This document shows, piece by piece, positions 60,456-64,000 of a stretch of DNA of 64,000 nt (the first letter of the stretch is position 1; the number at the start of each line of letters is the position of its first letter). Source of the DNA: Hypanus sabinus (Eukaryota); the NCBI RefSeq assembly GCF_030144855.1, contig NC_082714.1, forward strand, positions 134,974,001 through 135,038,000, given 5' to 3'. The position numbers and the translations under genes were made by a program. The notes beneath the pieces are model-generated. The model was not told the origin of the DNA. It saw only the letters and a program-made list of their open reading frames with translations, and searched no databases.

Positions 60456-63400
60456 GAATATTTTCAATGGCCAGTGTAAAATTAGCCATTCTATCCTCTA
60501 TTTTCCTTCTAGGTATAATAATGGACCATTTTCACTCTTTCATATCATTCCAAATCTTAAAGAACAGGTCTTTGCTTAGAAATCAATTGTTATTTCTACT
60601 ACAATCATTCCCAAGATGCTTCACAGTTGCCTATCACAGTACTTTTTGTAACAATATATTTACCACAGGAGTATTGTTATGAATTTTGCTTATTGACTTG
60701 CTCCTGGTACCTGTACAATTAACAAGCCAGAACATTGCTCGTTACTATAGAAACTCTATATGTTAAATAATGAAAATAAAGAATATTTTCACCAAATATA
60801 GTGATATCCAGTCTTCGTTTACATTGCAACAGAAATTAGGTACCAAAAGTACTGTAAAGACTGTTGAGTTCTTTAGAAAGTCCTGAGATTCCAAAGAGGG
60901 TTATATAAATATCTCTTTCCATTTATTTATACCACTCTAATGGCATGAAATTCAAAGCTGCACAATACCTGATTATGAATCACATTCTACCAACAAGCCA
61001 AGAATGCTACGATCCCCAGCAAATTCTTAATGTCTATGGATTGTGGGCAATGGAAATTTTTAACATAAGAATAAAAAGATTAAAAAATGGATTTATAGAA
61101 TTCCTAGTACATCCTACAGAAATAGCTTTAAAGCCTTGTTTCATTCCACATGAGTGGAGTTCTGCTGTTACAGACCAAGAGGGATCCTGTGCCATGCTCT
61201 GAGGGTCTCACACTGCAGACTGAAGAAGGCTGTTCATGAAAACCAGAGAGATTTCATACCACTCCGTTTTTGTGCAATGAGTCAGTTTAGCATCTTTGAA
61301 ATTTACACATAATCATTCCAAATTAATTCAAAATAATGGAAATTCAGCATCTTAAAAATTTAAAAAAATGCACCTAATCAGTTATTAAGATTTTGTAGTT
61401 AAACTTCATGCAAGTTGATTAATAATAATTTTCCACAAGATTTATAGACTTCAGTCAGTTTTACAATTTCCCTTTAAACTATACGTACACTAATGGTCAT
61501 ATAATTGTGTTTCTGTATATGTGCACATAAATGATTTTTGAAAAATCTGTGTCATTTTACAATATTAATCAGAAGGTAATGTTAATTTACATATATCTGT
61601 GTAGAATTTCTATAGCTTAAACTGACAGACCATGCACATCCATAAAAATGTAAATTATGTTTTATGGAAATATATTTTGAAGTCTTATATTTTGTCTTAT
61701 TTGAATGTAACCATGTTGCTATAGCTAGTTAAGCCTACAATGCTGAAATGAAGATACTGATAAGTAATATACCCAATGCTAACATCAGTATATATGATCT
61801 TATTTAATTGTTTTAACATGGTTTCCATTCCTTCATTTGCTTCCATTTGAGTGTGCTCATTCAATCACACTGTCTTTTATTCTATTCTCAGTTATTAGTA
61901 TTTCCTTTGCTCCAATGTTTCTCTTCCATAGACAACCTCGCAAACTGAAATCTGCATTGAAAATTTATTAAATCCCTCAGTACAGTAGCTAGCTACAACT
62001 ATTTTTCAGATGGAAGTATCGTGTTTGAGTTAATATTTGATAATTAATTAACAGAATATCCTACGATTGTGAAAGCAACTTTCTGAGAAGATGATTGTTG
62101 CTCCAAAGGTACCTTTCAATGATTCATATAACATGATTACTCTGAAAAAATGAAATTAAATGAATTAAATGTTCTACCCTGTTTATTTAACTATATTAGG
62201 AAATATAGGAATGTATTTAACTAGTTCTGTTTTTGATTTATCCCAATGTTGGAGTTGTTGAGTCTACACCATGGAGAAACACTTTCATAGGTGTTCATCA
62301 TTCCAGATGTCTATACTAATGAATACTAAAGCAGCACAATGAACTGATAGACATGAATTAAATGTTAGCTTTTTCCTCTTATGGATGACATTTTGTTCAA
62401 TTTGGTATAAAATCTATGAATAAATCCTTTTTATTGGTGCCCATGTTCTGCTTATTGTGTTAGAAAGCTCAAGGTTCATGCCAGATTTATACACTTAAAG
62501 AAAATACATCTGATCAGGGTGCTATAGTTGTATTAAACAAAGAAACATGCAAGTGTTGAGGATTTGCTCATCAAAATAACAATGGTTTCTATAAGCAGAC
62601 TGTCAAAATGCAGGGAAAATAAATGCTTTCTGCACTGAAAACAGTCTTGCTTTGCCATATTAAATGAAGGGTCTACTTCAACAATCCTTGTTTTGATGAA
62701 ACCACACCCTTTCTCCTTGTAGTTGCAATAGAATTCCACCCATCCTCAGGTTCTAGATTTACAGCACATTAACTTGCGTCTTTGCTAAATCTGTTATTAC
62801 GGAAGGAAGAGTTGATTTATAGACATGAATTAATATCACAGTGTTAAAGTTGTTGTAATAAAAATGTTGTTTTATTCTATGTTTAATTGATGATAGGTAG
62901 CATAATTACGATACAACATTTTTATTCATACATAATTATTCAATCTCTGATACAGTATATGGTATTGAACCAAAAACATCATAAAATAATGCAAAGTATA
63001 TTTAAAAGAACCTTCTAAATACATGAAGATACTTTTCATAAAGTTAGAATAGGAATATATAGTTACTTTCTTAATATTATTAATAATTAATTGGGTCAGT
63101 TTGAAATGTGTACTTTTAAGAGTCATAACAAGTAAATGAAAGTAAATGAATTCCTTTTGGAATTAAGCTAACCTCTTGGCTATTGTAATATAACCTAATG
63201 ATGCAAACACTTTTCTTTCCCACCTTCCTGCATTAGGCCACATTCACCTGTGTTTTGACATAGTGATGTAGCATTGTGCTAACTGGGAACAGAGGATGTG
63301 ATCACAGCAAAGAAAAATCATAAACCTTTCTCACTGCTGATCTCACTCACAAGTTCAAAGATCACTGCAGGAAACATGTACAGGGTGGAAACCATGACAG

Positions 63401-64000
63401 TTAAATGCAGCAAATAGAAATCGAAATACTTAGTATACTGTGGTCCGTAATGGGATACCTGCATGCTTTTATTTGCAGTGCTAATTCCAAATTAATCTAA
63501 TTTCATGACACTAATTTTCATTACTATGTGTTTTAATAATTTCTTAAATGCATGCACATGTTATTTCTACTGTTATTTGCTTTTTAGTAATCATTTTGGG
63601 GGGGCTACTGTGTTAAAAATACACAGCATTTTGCTTTAGATTTTTTAAATCTACGATGAGAAATTGAAATTCTTTATTCTAAGTCTGGATATCCTTACAA
63701 TCTGAACATTGTTAGTTTACAACGTCTAATGCAAACATTAAAAATTGAGAAGAGTGCCACGATTTTAAAACAATTTTAATTGTTGATTGTAATGTCATTA
63801 ATTAAATATCACTGCTGTATAAGAAGGACAAAATATTGATTTGTCAACACCCATTCTATATGAATAGGTATTTATTCAAAAACATGTTCACATTCTATCT
63901 TCTTCAGAAATGAGTAGAGGGGTTCAAAATAAAGTATTTCTAAAATCACTTAATCGGCTGATGGTATCCAGTAACTAAGCTATTTACTACTAGACTTTTA

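Noticed and set aside
63248-63282. 35-nt AG/GT-bounded minus-strand segment with a fair acceptor
   Set aside because: Moderate donor and no homology; joining it to the 40-nt candidate gives no recognisable protein
1-64000. Prokaryotic systems (operons, CRISPR arrays, retrons, defence islands)
   Set aside because: No gene-dense coding and no repeat-spacer array; all RT fragments carry eukaryotic LINE or Penelope motifs

Overview
Vertebrate (not prokaryotic) AT-rich, CpG-depleted DNA. The repeat repertoire (CR1 LINEs, Rex1/Babar LINEs, RTE/Expander-type elements, Penelope-like elements, V-SINE and DeuSINE-type SINEs, a hAT/Charlie-type transposon) suggests a cartilaginous fish, probably a ray or skate; this is an inference from family composition. 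No intact host gene or autonomous element is present. The ORFs with recognisable motifs are decayed retrotransposon or transposase pieces, and the rest look like chance or antisense frames. The window looks like a large intron or gene desert: nested repeat clusters alternate with repeat-poor, TF-motif-rich blocks that may be conserved non-coding elements. There is one well-formed 40-nt candidate exon on the minus strand (IQ-motif-like in one frame) and a nearby candidate 15-nt micro-exon. The most notable signal is a family of at least 7 Penelope-derived insertions, mostly 100-340 bp. Several have 10-13 bp target-site duplications and several are fold-back palindromes. They carry a degenerate minimal type-I hammerhead ribozyme motif (CAGUC-CUGANGA-AGGG..CCC-GAAA-CGUU-GACUG) whose catalytic G sits in a CpG and is repeatedly mutated to A. 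Family names come from motif recognition, not database searches; boundaries of old repeats are approximate.
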